A DNA stretch of 63,898 bases, the filler included, from Corallochytrium limacisporum Hawaii (lineage: Eukaryota > Protista > Pluriformea): the NCBI GenBank assembly GCA_002811645.1. It is 5 parts of 5 records of this genome, joined end to end, with 100 filler letters (N's around TTAATTAATTAA, not from the genome) between each part and the next. Parts side by side here need not be neighbours in the genome. Positions count along the whole stretch, not along the records: positions 40,656 to 53,756 come from PDIP01000183.1; positions 53,857 to 62,724 come from PDIP01000169.1; 3 more parts are not named here. The stretch is one strand, 5' to 3'. The notes below the pieces were generated by a model, which made no database searches, was not told the origin of the DNA, and saw only the letters and a list, made by a program, of their open reading frames with translations. The stretch's first letter is position 1. Each line of letters starts with the position of its first letter. Positions 49,001 through 60,958 of the stretch are shown here, piece after piece. The position numbers and the translations under genes were made by a program.

Positions 49001-50443
49001 AGGGAGTTGTAGTTCTGTACATGAGTATGTCCGGCCCACAATCTACACCTGATAGGACTTGGGCACATACAAATGGGTGCGTCTAAGGGAAACGCTGAAC
49101 GAGTTTGTAATCACACGCCGCGGTGTCTCCGAGACATCTACGATAACTGACTATGAACACCATACCTTTCACAATTTCACGGACCTGGGCTGCGAAAGAT
49201 ACTCCTACCCCATCAGTAAATTGGACGCTTGTTGATAAGTAGCGATAATGAGATTGTCAATGAAGTCTGTGTGCATGGGGGCATTCCGTATCCTCATATT
49301 TGTTTGATAGCGAGTTCTTAGCAGTGTTTGCGGTAGTTCAATGTTCTGTTAATTTAAAGTTTAGGTTAATTCGGGAATGGCATTGGTTCACGAAGGGGGT
49401 TGGGAAGGTGTTATCACAGAGGTTCATCTTTTGATGACATCGGCCTCCGGGCCACTGTACCTCAACCAGTGAAGCACAGAGGACATCCGGCATAACTTTG
49501 AGGAGCAAGCCCCCGAATGCAATAGGTTTAATACTCACAGTATCGTGCGCCGTGTGTGTGGGTGTCGCCAATGGACTCTCAGTTGCAAACATGGTAGTGG
49601 CTGTGCGTGCATAGGCTGATCTCTGCTCTTGGTCGTTGTTCGCATAGTAAACTGCTGGTCAAACCTGCGTGAACTTGGCGGAGCCGGGAGCTGACAAACA
49701 ATGAGTTCATGGTATACTCGGAGGACATTCAATCCCCGCAAAAATGATTCACTCCACCACTACTACAGAGGGCCCCAAAATAGTACTGCGTCCACATGTA
49801 CGCGTTAATTTGGTCTGTGCTCGTGACCAGGTTACCCCAATACTGCGATACCATTTCTGTGGGGAGTCATTCATACTGAATAGATTCCGGTAATGCTTTG
49901 AGCCCTACTTTTGGACTTCGTTTCGTGCCGTAGAGTCTAGTACGAGGCAATAACTAAGCCGCAATGTAGTCTGGGAAGAAAATTTTGCGAACGTCGGCTC
50001 AAGACGAATGTTCTCCTGCTCGTGTCAATACATCCAATATAGAAAGTCCCAAACGCAATCAGGATTCCATTGGACATAGTACATTCGCATTTCGGGGGGG
50101 GGGGCAAGAATTAATGGGCATTTGACAGAAGCGAAATTGTCAGACTTGGCAATGCGAAGGTCCTGTGACACCGCAGTAAGTGCCATCAACAATTGCTTGC
50201 ATGGATTTCAAAGAGGGCGGGAGTATGGCAGGATTCAGAATATTTAGCGCCTAGGGGAGCGCTGAAACAGAAGTCTCCATGTGAGCCAGTGTTGTGAATT
50301 GGTCGGAGTGTCTACACATGATCGGATAACGGAGTTGTGATGGATGTACGGTATATTACTCTACATATAATACATTTCTAAGGATGGTTGATGATGGAAC
50401 ATGGATGGAGATTGTGATGTTGGAAATGGCAAAATTTGGGACA

Positions 50444-52012
50444 TTAGACCTTGAAGTCACCGCTGTCCTGGCTCTTGCGTTCTGCTCCGGCGGGCCAGAT
50501 CACGGCCACGAGGAAACTCAGGGCACCAAGGATGAGGAAGACACCAGACACCACAAAGGCGGCAGTGGAACTGACGGCGAAGAGTGCGGCAATGGAGACT
50601 GGACCAACCAGCTCACCAAGTACACGACCGCATGATGACAGACCGGCGATACGCGCAGGGTCGTAGGTAGGGAACCAGTCCGTGATGATGGAGGCAGCTA
50701 AGTTACTGCGGGCAGCGACGGCAACTCCGTAGGCGACGTTGATGGCAATGAGGGACCCTGCTGTGGTACACAGGGGGAAAAGGGTCACGCAAACACCGGC
50801 AAGAAATCGAGAGACAAAGTAGACAACATTGCGGTTCGTGTGATCACCGAGCCATCCGAGCACGGGCTGGGCAACGCCCAGAGCTAGCGAATTGGCCCCA
50901 GCTGCAATGGCGGCCTGACCGAGACTAATGTCATTATAGGATGCCCAGGATACAGTGAAGATCAGTGGAGTGGCGTAGCCAAAGGCAAATAGGGCCTGGT
51001 TCAACCACATAAAAACGAAGCGGGGATACTTGAACAGGTGCACGTCCAGGGTCAGTTTCTTGGAGCGGGGGGGTTTGAGGTCTCGCAGAAGGACGGCAGG
51101 GAACACTCCAAAGACCACGACCCAGATGATCGAGAAGCGCATGGCATCACGCCATCCATAAGTCTCGATAAGTTTTGCCGCCAGCAGGGAGTACACGAAA
51201 CCCCCAATGCCCGAGCCCATCAGAGCCAGACCGAGAGCCATTGCCTTGTACTGGCGGAACCATTGCATAATGACACCAATGGATGGATAGAGGATCAAAC
51301 TGAGACCAGCACCCATGAGAATACCCCAGGTGAGAAAGAGGCCGTAGGCATGTTCGACGTAGCTGCTGGAAATGAGGCCCACAATCAGGAGGAAGGTTCC
51401 GCAGACCAAAGCATTCCGAGAGCCGAATCTTGAGGATGCGGTACCAGCCCATGGAGCGGCAAGGGCCTTGATGGCCAACATCAAGGCGATGGGCCAGGTT
51501 ACCACAGAAAGAGACACATTCAGGTCATTCTGAATACTATCAAGGTAGATCCCGTATGCCGTCAACATGGCCCCCAGGTTGCAAGCATTCATGAACACCG
51601 CAAAAACCTGAACGTACGCATACTTGGAGTCAATGCGAGAGTCTATGTCCACAGAGTTGGTGGATTCTTCTGAGCTAGTGGTGCTATAAACTTCAATCTT
51701 TTCGTCTTTCCAGGGTGCTCCGTAAAGATCTTCGACATTGCCTCCGTCTTTGGTACTACCTTGTTGCATTGACCGCCGCAATACGGCAGGCAAACTGTAC
51801 CGGGTCCCGTAGCTCACTAGGCCCTCGTCCGTAAGTGACGAACGCAATGATGTTGATGTTCCTGTTCCTGGTAACCCATTGCTGCTTGTAAATGATTGAC
51901 TATGTGGTACCATTATGGTATATATGTACGTGTATGTACTTGCTAGTGATCTTGTACTTCTATCTTGTCCAAGATCCCGTCTAGTTACTTTTCTAGGTCT
52001 TGAATCCAGCAT
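50444..52012 (-). CDS. MFS transporter, monocarboxylate (SLC16/Mch) family
   Basis: 12 TM helices, SRFGSR loop, QWFRQYKAMALGLALMGSGIGG, LIETYGWR, GWLGDHTNR. Start could be 52012 or 51913. Confidence 0.92.
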   Translation of the reverse strand: MLDSRPRKVTRRDLGQDRSTRSLASTYTYIYTIMVPHSQSFTSSNGLPGTGTSTSLRSSLTDEGLVSYGTRYSLPAVLRRSMQQGSTKDGGNVEDLYGAPWKDEKIEVYSTTSSEESTNSVDIDSRIDSKYAYVQVFAVFMNACNLGAMLTAYGIYLDSIQNDLNVSLSVVTWPIALMLAIKALAAPWAGTASSRFGSRNALVCGTFLLIVGLISSSYVEHAYGLFLTWGILMGAGLSLILYPSIGVIMQWFRQYKAMALGLALMGSGIGGFVYSLLAAKLIETYGWRDAMRFSIIWVVVFGVFPAVLLRDLKPPRSKKLTLDVHLFKYPRFVFMWLNQALFAFGYATPLIFTVSWASYNDISLGQAAIAAGANSLALGVAQPVLGWLGDHTNRNVVYFVSRFLAGVCVTLFPLCTTAGSLIAINVAYGVAVAARSNLAASIITDWFPTYDPARIAGLSSCGRVLGELVGPVSIAALFAVSSTAAFVVSGVFLILGALSFLVAVIWPAGAERKSQDSGDFKV

Positions 52013-53689
52013 TGCCACGAAATACAGACCTTCCGTGGCAAAATTTGTAGCTGGAAAGGATTACAAAGCTACAAATCTTTACAGTATCGAAGCGAAGCTC
52101 AAGAGTGGTTTCATTCTCTTGTTGTGGATTTCGGGTACAATTGATCAAGCTTTCTTCATCAAAAGAACCTGGCCAACCTCGTTGCCTCCCCCACCTCTGA
52201 TCGCATCCCAACTGCATCGATAGCTGGATTTGCACTTGTACTTACCACCCCTGCGTATTCCATATGTATTCTATAAGAATAGTTGCATGGGGCTGAGGTC
52301 TATGAAAGAAAATATGCTCCCCCTACGCTGTGTGGGCGGGCCTCGTCGCCCTCTCCCCAGCCCCCCGCCCCTTTCCCCCTCTCCCCTCCGTAGGGACCCT
52401 CCCATATTTTTTCCCCTTCCTCAATGGTCTTGCTTCACGGATCGGCTTGGGAAGGTCAGACCTTCAGTACACTTCTGGACAGTTATACTTGCTGGCCCAG
52501 AACCATTTCGCAAAAAAAAAATGCATGTCATCCAGAAAAAAATCACCACGCGCGTGTGGTCTTGTCTCGGTGAATAAATGAATGCGTCCCCGCAGTTGGT
52601 GGTAGAAACTTAATTCTTACCAATTTGGACCCAATTTTTGCGAATGGTCTCATTATCCAGTTGGTGCCGAAGGTAGCCCAGACCCACTCCGTTTTTGCCG
52701 CCGGCGAGTCCACTGGGTTTGCACAGTCGGGGCTGCGGCTGTCTTTGGGTGGTTGTCGCGATATGGCAGCGTACAAGTACGAGCGCGGACATGGCGGTGA
52801 CAACATTGCCAGGCCGAAGCTTTTGACATCATCATCATTGATGCATACTCCTTCTTGAAAAGTCCACTCGGCCATGCTATGGAAATGTTTCTGGTCTGAC
52901 CAATGCGTAGGAGACGGTGTGCCCAGGCCTGGTATGCGTCTCAGACTGAAGAAACGGGGCAATGATGCGCTTGCACATCGCAGATCAGAGCGGCCCCCGG
53001 CCGTGTGCTCACTAAGAAAAATTTGGGGAGTATATTTTTCTTCATAAGGGGGCTTATACCAGTGAGCTTGCGCAATATGAAAGATACATATGGTGTAGAA
53101 TACCGCTCGCGCGCGAGCTCGCCGATGTTCTTACAACAACTGAACGAATTGCAAGAGTTAGTGAATGGTCACAGAAAGTATTGGTTCCGGGATGTGGGCT
53201 CAAATGAAAACAACGAGAGAGGATATTACAACCCACGTAAATTACGTCGAGGGGCAGCTCGGTGTCTGAAGAATACAGAAAGAAGACCAGCACGGTGCTC
53301 TCTTTCGATGAAGGAAGGGTGGCATGTGCAAATGTGTTCGTTTAGCATAAACCATAAGCAATGCCTTGGAAGAGTGGATACGCCTCGCAACCTTCTTCCT
53401 GTCTGGCCACCTAGTTGTGAAGCAAACAGTTTGCCGATATCCATGGCGGGTGTAAAGATTTGATGGTCCAACCAGCTCCATCTCTTCCATGGTCGTCCCC
53501 TTCTGTGTATTCTGTCGTCTGTTTAGATCAACAATTCCGACGTATTCGTATGGGCGGGATACGATCGCATTTTTCTGCGCGGAGCTAGTTATTTTCACTT
53601 CAACTGCACACCTTGAATGCGCTGACTGGTCCATATTTTCAGTAGGGTCCCAGCTCAAACTTCCTCAAATGGAAAGTATTCGATTGAAA

Positions 53690-53756
53690 GGTTAGGGTTA
53701 GGGTTAGGGTTAGGGTTAGGGTTAGGGTTAGGGTTAGGGTTAGGGTTAGGGTTAGG
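53690..53756 (+). repeat. Telomeric (TTAGGG)n array, about 11 units, at contig end
   Basis: Perfect repeats with the G-rich strand running 5'->3' toward the contig end. Confidence 0.93.
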
Positions 53757-54058
53757 NNNNNNNNNNNNNNNNNNNNNNNNNNNNNNNNNNNNNNNNNNNN
53801 TTAATTAATTAANNNNNNNNNNNNNNNNNNNNNNNNNNNNNNNNNNNNNNNNNNNNCCCCCCCCCGGGGGGGGGGGTGGGAGAGGGGCGGGGGAAAGGAC
53901 CCCGCAAACGGAAGGTGTTGCGCTGATCATCAACAGCGGCCCTCCGACTCCACACGCAAACCAGTGTCTATGCTGAACAAGAGACATGATAAATGATGAA
54001 TCATTTGTGACGCATGGCACGCTGGACAGTTTTTTTTGCGTGGCTGCCGAATCCGGAG

Positions 54059-54069
54059 AGGTATTTAAG
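54059..54069 (+). promoter_or_regulatory. AGGTATTTAAG TATA-like motif upstream of aerolysin-like gene
   Basis: Identical 11-mer upstream of knottin 2; 10/11 match upstream of knottin 1. Confidence 0.55.
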
Positions 54070-54183
54070 AGGATCCGGGCAAGGGATCACTGAGCCTACT
54101 CAACTATCAACTACCTTGGTATTCTAGAGAGCATTATCTGATCGTATACCCAAACACACCTACTGCACTCGTGATAGACACAG

Positions 54184-55743
54184 ATGAACATGAAGCTACG
54201 CATCCAAGATGTCTGTGTCTTCCTGATGGTCGGTGCCGATGTCCTGGCCGATCCAGTCATCTTTCCGCCACTATTTCCTCAGATGTGTCCCCAACCCAGG
54301 ATAACCCCAGACGTTGACATCTGGGAGGAGAGGGCCGACGAGATTAACTTCTTTGACTACTTGTACATTTTGTCTGGTACAGCAGATATGACCCAACTGT
54401 CAGAGTTCATCGCCGAGAAAAGTACTGACTTTGAGGACTACATGTGGCGGAGAAAGGGGAATCTGCAGTATCTAAGAAGTGGTACTGAAATCGATGAATG
54501 GAAATCTATGATGTGGACGCTTAATGTGCTCACAGGTCCTCTCCTCGCGGCACCCTACCACATTGACCGAACAAACAGCAACGCAGATGACTGGGACGCA
54601 TGGTGGAATGCTATCCATGATCTAACTCCCTATGACAGAACTTCCCCCGTCAATGAAACTGTCCGCTGCGATACTGATGCGCTACAGCAGGATTTCAAGC
54701 CCAAAGCAATTGGTTTTCCCGTTTACTTGCTGCAGTTTCTGTTCAGTAACATTCCCACAACGCTCCCGCTACTGACTGTCACTGAACAGAAATCTGATAC
54801 AATCACGGGCCGTGTATGGGATGTGTCTACCGAGGACTTGCAAAGTGAACCAAAGAAGGCGATCCAGAACACAGGTTTTCTGTGCGACACGATCTCGTAT
54901 ACGTACGATAAAAAAGTCTCTGAATCAACCACTACAACCACTCAAACGCAGGTCTCTGACAGTCTTACGGTCAGCACAGAAATGTCCTACAGTACGAAAG
55001 CTAGCGCAAAATTTGGGGGCATTGTTGATGTTGAGGCTACCTCCACGATCAAGACCGGTTTATCCAATACCTTTGCCACGGCCTATACAACGACAAGCTC
55101 CGGAACCACAAGCACAACAATTTCCCAGACGTGGGACTCCACCATCCATATCCCACCACTGTCCGTTGTGAACGTTACTGTCTATACGGCGCAGACACAA
55201 GCCGACGTGTTCATTGCCGGAGACGTGGTCTACAACGAGGATAGAGTTGGCGTTAAGGCCTGGATCCAGGGCGATTTCATTGACATCCCCACCGGGGAGG
55301 TTTCGGACCTTATCAAGAGGGGTGACTTTGCCGCACTGAAGGACATTAAAGAAGCAGCCAAATTGGCTATGAAAGTCATTGGTGCAGACTGGAGCGATCT
55401 CTTCCTGGACTCGCTGATCTCTCCCACCGTCTCAGGCAAAGCGACGTCGACTGCGGGCGAGGCCCTCAAGATAAAGGTAAACTTTTGTGACAAGGACAGT
55501 ATATCCGGCGATATCTGTGATGAGTTCCTTGCTGAGCAGTTCCCTCCTACGATTCGAGAATGTCCGCCTTCAGGCAAGCGCCGTTCTGATGATGATGGGG
55601 ATTTCTTTGGTAGTGCTTCCTTTGACCCGGAGAATGTTCTGGCCGCCGTAGATTATGACCGTGACTGCTTTCATCTTGAACCCACAGCCGGTGAAACTCG
55701 CACATGGAATATTATTCCCAAACCAGGTTGTACTTCCAATTGA
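54184..55743 (+). CDS. Secreted aerolysin/ETX-MTX2-family beta-pore-forming-like protein
   Basis: Signal peptide; Ser/Thr-rich strands flanking an amphipathic hairpin (VSTEMSYSTKASAKFGGIVDVEATSTIKTGLSNTF); WDSTIHIPPLSVVNVTVYT motif; KRR followed by an acidic C-terminal segment. Confidence 0.75.
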   Translation: MNMKLRIQDVCVFLMVGADVLADPVIFPPLFPQMCPQPRITPDVDIWEERADEINFFDYLYILSGTADMTQLSEFIAEKSTDFEDYMWRRKGNLQYLRSGTEIDEWKSMMWTLNVLTGPLLAAPYHIDRTNSNADDWDAWWNAIHDLTPYDRTSPVNETVRCDTDALQQDFKPKAIGFPVYLLQFLFSNIPTTLPLLTVTEQKSDTITGRVWDVSTEDLQSEPKKAIQNTGFLCDTISYTYDKKVSESTTTTTQTQVSDSLTVSTEMSYSTKASAKFGGIVDVEATSTIKTGLSNTFATAYTTTSSGTTSTTISQTWDSTIHIPPLSVVNVTVYTAQTQADVFIAGDVVYNEDRVGVKAWIQGDFIDIPTGEVSDLIKRGDFAALKDIKEAAKLAMKVIGADWSDLFLDSLISPTVSGKATSTAGEALKIKVNFCDKDSISGDICDEFLAEQFPPTIRECPPSGKRRSDDDGDFFGSASFDPENVLAAVDYDRDCFHLEPTAGETRTWNIIPKPGCTSN

Positions 55744-56027
55744 CACTCTCCCTTGTCTGTCATAGTTGACGAACTGAACCATCAAGGATGTCAGACTCCA
55801 GCCACAAATAGTGGCTAGCTCAACGACCTCTAGTCTGGGTTGTTCAAATCATGAGCACACAGCCAGTGAACCGCAACATGATCATATAGCGCTTTGAGAC
55901 TTTTATGCATTTAATGAATTCTTCTCAAACTAACTAGTGAGTTTCTGGACGACGAAGATGTGTTCCTCGTCCAATGGTAGGAAAAGCATTGCGCTCTACG
56001 TTCCCATTCGGAGTGGAATGTTTCCAT

Positions 56028-56300
56028 CTACCAGTCGCATGTGCCGACCGGGTATGCATCGTGGCAACTTCCAAAGCAGCAGTCGGAGTTTTTGGAGCAA
56101 GGGGCACTGGGAATCATGCTGCATCCACCGACGGGCTCTTGTCCGAAGATCCTGACGTAGGCAGCATGGTAGTCAGCATTGGCCTGCGCGGTGACCTCGG
56201 CAGCGGCATCCTTGAACTGAGCAACCTGGTCCTGCTCAGTGGGCGCGCCCATTGCACCAGCAATGGCCAGGGCACAAACAAAAAGGATGGAGGACTTCAT
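56028..56300 (-). CDS. Secreted cystine-knot (ICK, C-C-CC-C-C) prepropeptide 1
   Basis: MKSSILFVCALAIAGAMGAP signal, acidic propeptide, C-x7-C-x5-CC-x3-C-x8-C; paralog at 60959-61216. Confidence 0.88.
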   Translation of the reverse strand: MKSSILFVCALAIAGAMGAPTEQDQVAQFKDAAAEVTAQANADYHAAYVRIFGQEPVGGCSMIPSAPCSKNSDCCFGSCHDAYPVGTCDW

Positions 56301-56388
56301 TTTGGGTGAGAAATTTGATTTGAATTCTTTTTTCAACACTTGATGGAAAGCTTAGAGATCACGCTCCGGTCGGTTCAAAACGATCTGA

Positions 56389-56399
56389 CTTAAGTACCT
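56389..56399 (-). promoter_or_regulatory. AGGTACTTAAG TATA-like motif upstream of knottin 1
   Basis: About 89 nt upstream of ATG 56300. Confidence 0.5.
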
Positions 56400-56939
56400 C
56401 TGCTGCGTGATCTTAGACCAAAGGTCCTTTCAAAAGATTATGCTTACTTTAGATCGGTTCATCAAATTTGTCACGTAGTTTCTCACGTCTTGTTAGATGT
56501 CCCCGCATCACATCGTACTGATTGAGCAATGAAAGACGTCTGTGCCCCGAAACAAAGAATCGAAGTGTGTGATGCGATCCAGTCATATCCGATCGTTTCT
56601 CCAAGCTCTCAGGTGAATGAGGGCCTGGTGGGCATGGTTTCGATCGCAAACGGGGCTATCCTGCCGTTTCTTAAGATGGTCTTACAACAGGGCAAACAAG
56701 CTGGCGTAGCTTCCGAAACCTGTCTTTCAACTCTGAAGTGGGGTAAAGGTCCACCGATCCAAAGGCAACTTCGCGTCAGAGCCTCCTTTTTCCTTTCCCC
56801 TCCGCCTCCAACCCCCTCCCCCGGGGGGGGGGGACATTCCCTCCCGGCCGGCCTGCCGGACGCTTTGAAACCGTGCCCAGAGGGGCCTCCATCGCCCTTT
56901 GTCACAGGACGCTTCCTCCTTCCTTGTTACCATCTTCAT

Positions 56940-57167
56940 TCTTGGGCTTTGTTGTCCACCGGTGAGTGGCAAGTGGGGTTTCTTCGAGGAGTACACACGA
57001 GGATCCACCTTAGAGAGGGTCCACACACCTTCGTTATCGAACAACAAGGACATCTTGGGCTTTGTTGTCCACCGGTGAGTGGCAAGTGGGGTTTCTTCGA
57101 GGAGTACACACGAGGATCCACCGTAGAGAGGGTCCACACACCTTCGTTATCGAACAACGAGGACATC
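56940..57167. repeat. 113-bp tandem duplication (2 near-identical copies)
   Basis: GTTGTCCACCGGTGAGTGGCAAG at 56951 and 57064. Confidence 0.92.
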
Positions 57168-57389
57168 TATCACAAACCACCCGTTTCGGTAAACATACAA
57201 ATGAATAATACTACGGCCCCACCCTCGCAGAGACGCAGTTCTCCCCAGTATGAGAATAGAGTAAGTCTTGGGTCCATCTATTTATGTCCGCCTAAACAAC
57301 TGCGCGATGTTAAGTGTAATTTGTGCTATGCCCAAGAACACAAATTCAGCAGTTTGCTTTTGGACCATTTCCTGTGAAATGTTGATTAT

Positions 57390-60300
57390 CTAACTTGATA
57401 AAATCCTGGGGATTGGAAGAGAGTCGTGGTAGTTCATGAAGGGAAGAGGGGGGGGATCAAGGGTGCGGTGAATAATTCGATTCGATAGTTGCAGGCTAGA
57501 AATTTATAGGGTTGTGTACCTTCTTGCTTAGCTCCGCTCTTGTGACTTTCCATGATGTTTGCTCTGATCCGATGGAGACTGCTGCAGGTGAAAGATCATT
57601 GCGCTAAAATAAGAAACCCTGTTGAGGAGGACGTTGGGTTCGACAACAATGCAACTTGTTCGCAACAAACACTGGATGGAACAATGCATTCCAAGATTGC
57701 TCAATTTAGGGAGTCAGCGTGGCAGGTAAGCGCAGCATACCCACTACTGCCGCCACTCCCCTATTTTCATACCTTGTATGGTAGGAGGATTACAAAGCAT
57801 CTGGGAAACAACTCCAGAAGAAATGGGGCTTGCACGAAATAGACACTATCAAGGCCTGTGATTCATCTACCGTGAAAGAAAAGGGGGTTTGAGATATGCC
57901 AGGGAATGGGAATCTGGCGTAGAGACGAGAGGAAAGTTACAGAACTGTCGAATTGTTGAACCCACTGGAAGAATGTTCAGCTAAACTGAGCATAGAAGTA
58001 CTACCGGCTTTCGCAGCCCTGGATACGACAGAGGAAGCACACTGATGACGGCTTGTATTCTATTTCGTATGTGTTTGTGTGCGTGTGGGTGATTGTGAGA
58101 GTTGAGTGGCACCATATGCGCACAATGTCACGAGTTCACTGTGATCTCAGGGGGAGGCGGTGATATTTCGTTAACATTGACTGTGACGGCCCTACACGAT
58201 AAATAAACAATAAAGATCCACTGTTGTTGCAGGGGTCGCGTCACCTGTCTGGATTGTTGCCGACAGCTCTATTTCCACAGGCAGGGCGCCCCCCCCCCCC
58301 GGGGGGGGAATCGGGGGCCAATTTTCAGCCTCAACCTCGCCCCCTTCCTTCTCCTGTTCTTGCGTGCAAAGCACTTCGCCTTCCAGAGGTTTGGGGAGCA
58401 GCTTGGGTAATTATTGATCAATTTCCTTCAGGTCCCCGGGCCGAGCCCCTGCGGTGTTTGCATATTCTCTCCGCGTATCCCCAGGGGGATATTCTGCGGT
58501 GGAACCCGGTCTAATTTTTATGTTAATTGGAGATGGGGGCTTAATAAAAACAAGACCGAACTCTTCGTCGGGGGCCTATTTAAAAGCGATTTGTAATTAC
58601 CAAAAGGAGGCTAAAGAAAAGAAACCCAAGGGCACCGGAAATCGCGAATGAGCATGACCTATCTAAACACCTCAACCCAACGTATCCATTCTTCATGTTC
58701 CTCATGAGACCTAGCACTTAAAGGACGCTTCGGAGTATACAGGGTTCGTGTTTAGAGTGGCTTACACAGGGAGAGAGGAACAGCACCCTGGTTCAATCTC
58801 AGCTCCGCGTCGGACCCGCCTTTCCTGTCTACCACGTCATCCCTCCCTGCCGGTCTGCTGGGGCCCCTTTGTCACTGTGTGCGGCAGAGGACCACCATCC
58901 CACTTCCCTTATGATCTTTCCTCGTTGCTTCATACTACTACTAGCCTTATCTTCGTTCTTGTTCGTCGTTTCCCACCGGAGAGGGGCGATCTCAACTTTC
59001 TTGGGAGTCGTTGTCCACCACTGTGTGGCGGTTGAGGTACTCGCCCCCAGAACAGAAGTAATTTCCAAGTACCATGCCTTCGTCGAAAACGGCAATATGC
59101 AAGGTCAAGTACAAAAGGAAGACACGGTCCGTACGGACTTGTGTCCTAGTATTAGTTCCATCGCTCCCTTTGTCGGTACCGGCGCGATCTAAGGAACCGC
59201 AAATACACTGTTTTCGGCCCCACTTCCAGTGAAAAGGTCCCTGCCAGCTTGATAACAATCCATAACGATAGAAGTGGGCACACGGGAAACGGGTCGTGGT
59301 GGTTCATGAAGAGAGGATCACGGGGGTTGCGAAATGTAAAGGGTCAGGTGAATAGTATTCATGGAGCTGTCAATTCTATGGTTGGTGAATAGGTTGTGCC
59401 GTTTTCGGTGATGTGCCTGGCTTGCTTTATTCCGTTGTTGTGACTGTCCATAGTGTTGTTATAATCCGAGGGAAATGCAGTTCCGCTATCGGTATAGGAC
59501 TGCGGTACTTTAAACCCCCCCATCTGAGGGATGCCTACAATCTATAGATACTTTTCAACCAATGCTGGGCTGCCCGCATTCCAAAGTTAAAAAAAAGAAT
59601 TGGGCGGTCCAAAAATTGGGAACCTAAAATACCTGCGCCCTCGTACTATTGAGAAAGCGACTGAAAATGACACGTAATATAGCTTAGAATGTCTAGATCA
59701 AAACGAACTCACTGATGTTACCAAATTGACAAGCATGGTGACCCTGTGGTTAACTTCAGACTTGCACGGCAGGGATGATGGAGCAGTTTGGAGAACCCCA
59801 ACAGAAGAAATGAGCGAGCTCGAATGGAGGAAATATTATGAAGGACTGTGGAAAAAGGGAACCGTGGGGGATTTGCGAAGGGGGGAAGAAACGGAAGGAA
59901 GTGGGGGAAGGTGTCGCAAATGTGAAACCACCATTAAAGCAATCAGCTTAACCAGGCATTTGGATTGCAATGCCCTGGGAAAGACTGAGGAAACGCACAG
60001 GGTGGAGGGCGCTCTTGTGCGAAATTTTCCTGTGAGTGAGTGTGAGAGTGACTGGTGCACCACGTCACGAGTATAATGTGATCTCAGGTGGACACTGCGC
60101 TAGTATCGCCGTACGTCGCACTGACTGTGTGCGTTTTCCCGAACACTGTCAATGTGCGTTGGGTCGGAAGCGGACTCTTCCCAAAAGCGGCGTGCCGAAA
60201 CCAAAAAGAAATGTAACACGGTGAAAAGCGCCAAGGTTTTGCTGTGGTCGCGTCACTTGAACGTCGGGATTGCGAGGCCAGTTTAGTACCCCACCAAAGT

Positions 60301-60710
60301 GGGAACGAGGGGCCTATTTTCCCAGTGGATAGAGTCCCCCCCGGGGGGGGGGGCGCTAAAACGAAACTCTTCAATGAGGGCCCATTTTAAAATCGATACT
60401 CAACGTATTTTTTCGCTTTTCCTTGCCGGGTTTGCCGGTTGCCCCTTCCAATATTTTGCTCTGGACGGAGATGCTGTGCGAGAAGGCAAGGCAACTGAAC
60501 GGGAGTCTATTTTAAAAGTGACTTGTAACTACCAAAAGGAGGTTGGAGAAACCAAAGGGGGCGGACATGGCGAACACGAGTATGACCTACCTCCTCAACC
60601 CAAAAGTATGCATCATACCCAGGTATTCCTAATGAGAAATAGCACTTAGACACGCTTCGGAGAATGGGGGGTTCGTAGTTAGACTGAACTACACAGAAAC
60701 AGAGGTACGG
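57390..60710. repeat. Diverged direct duplication, about 57390-58780 vs 59250-60710
   Basis: Shared blocks GTCGTGGT.GTTCATGAAG, GTCACGAGT...TGTGATCTCAGG, a CnGn core, TTGTAA.TACCAAAAGGAGG, ATGACCTA...CCTCAACCCAA. Confidence 0.75.
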
Positions 60711-60958
60711 TAGTCATAGTCCTCATGGAATAGGAAATGCATTCAAATACAAAACTGTTCTGTGTGGTACATGACCATATTGTGCCTGCTAAAAGACTAG
60801 ATCTTTATGATGATGTTGAAGTAACATCTGATCGAGGATAAAATGGGACAGGATGTTTTCCATCTATATTTGAGGAGTCCGACTAGCCCCATACCTTCTT
60901 TCCTGAACCAGCTACGCGGCAAATGAATGCACCATCATTCAAACATGATCCGTACGGT

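Noticed and set aside
53690-56339. Toxin cluster being subtelomeric
   Set aside because: The telomere array and the cluster are on different contigs separated by an artificial linker, and the array orientation caps the left contig.
56529-57377. 282-aa ORF
   Set aside because: Runs through the GC island and the 113-bp duplication; likely spurious.
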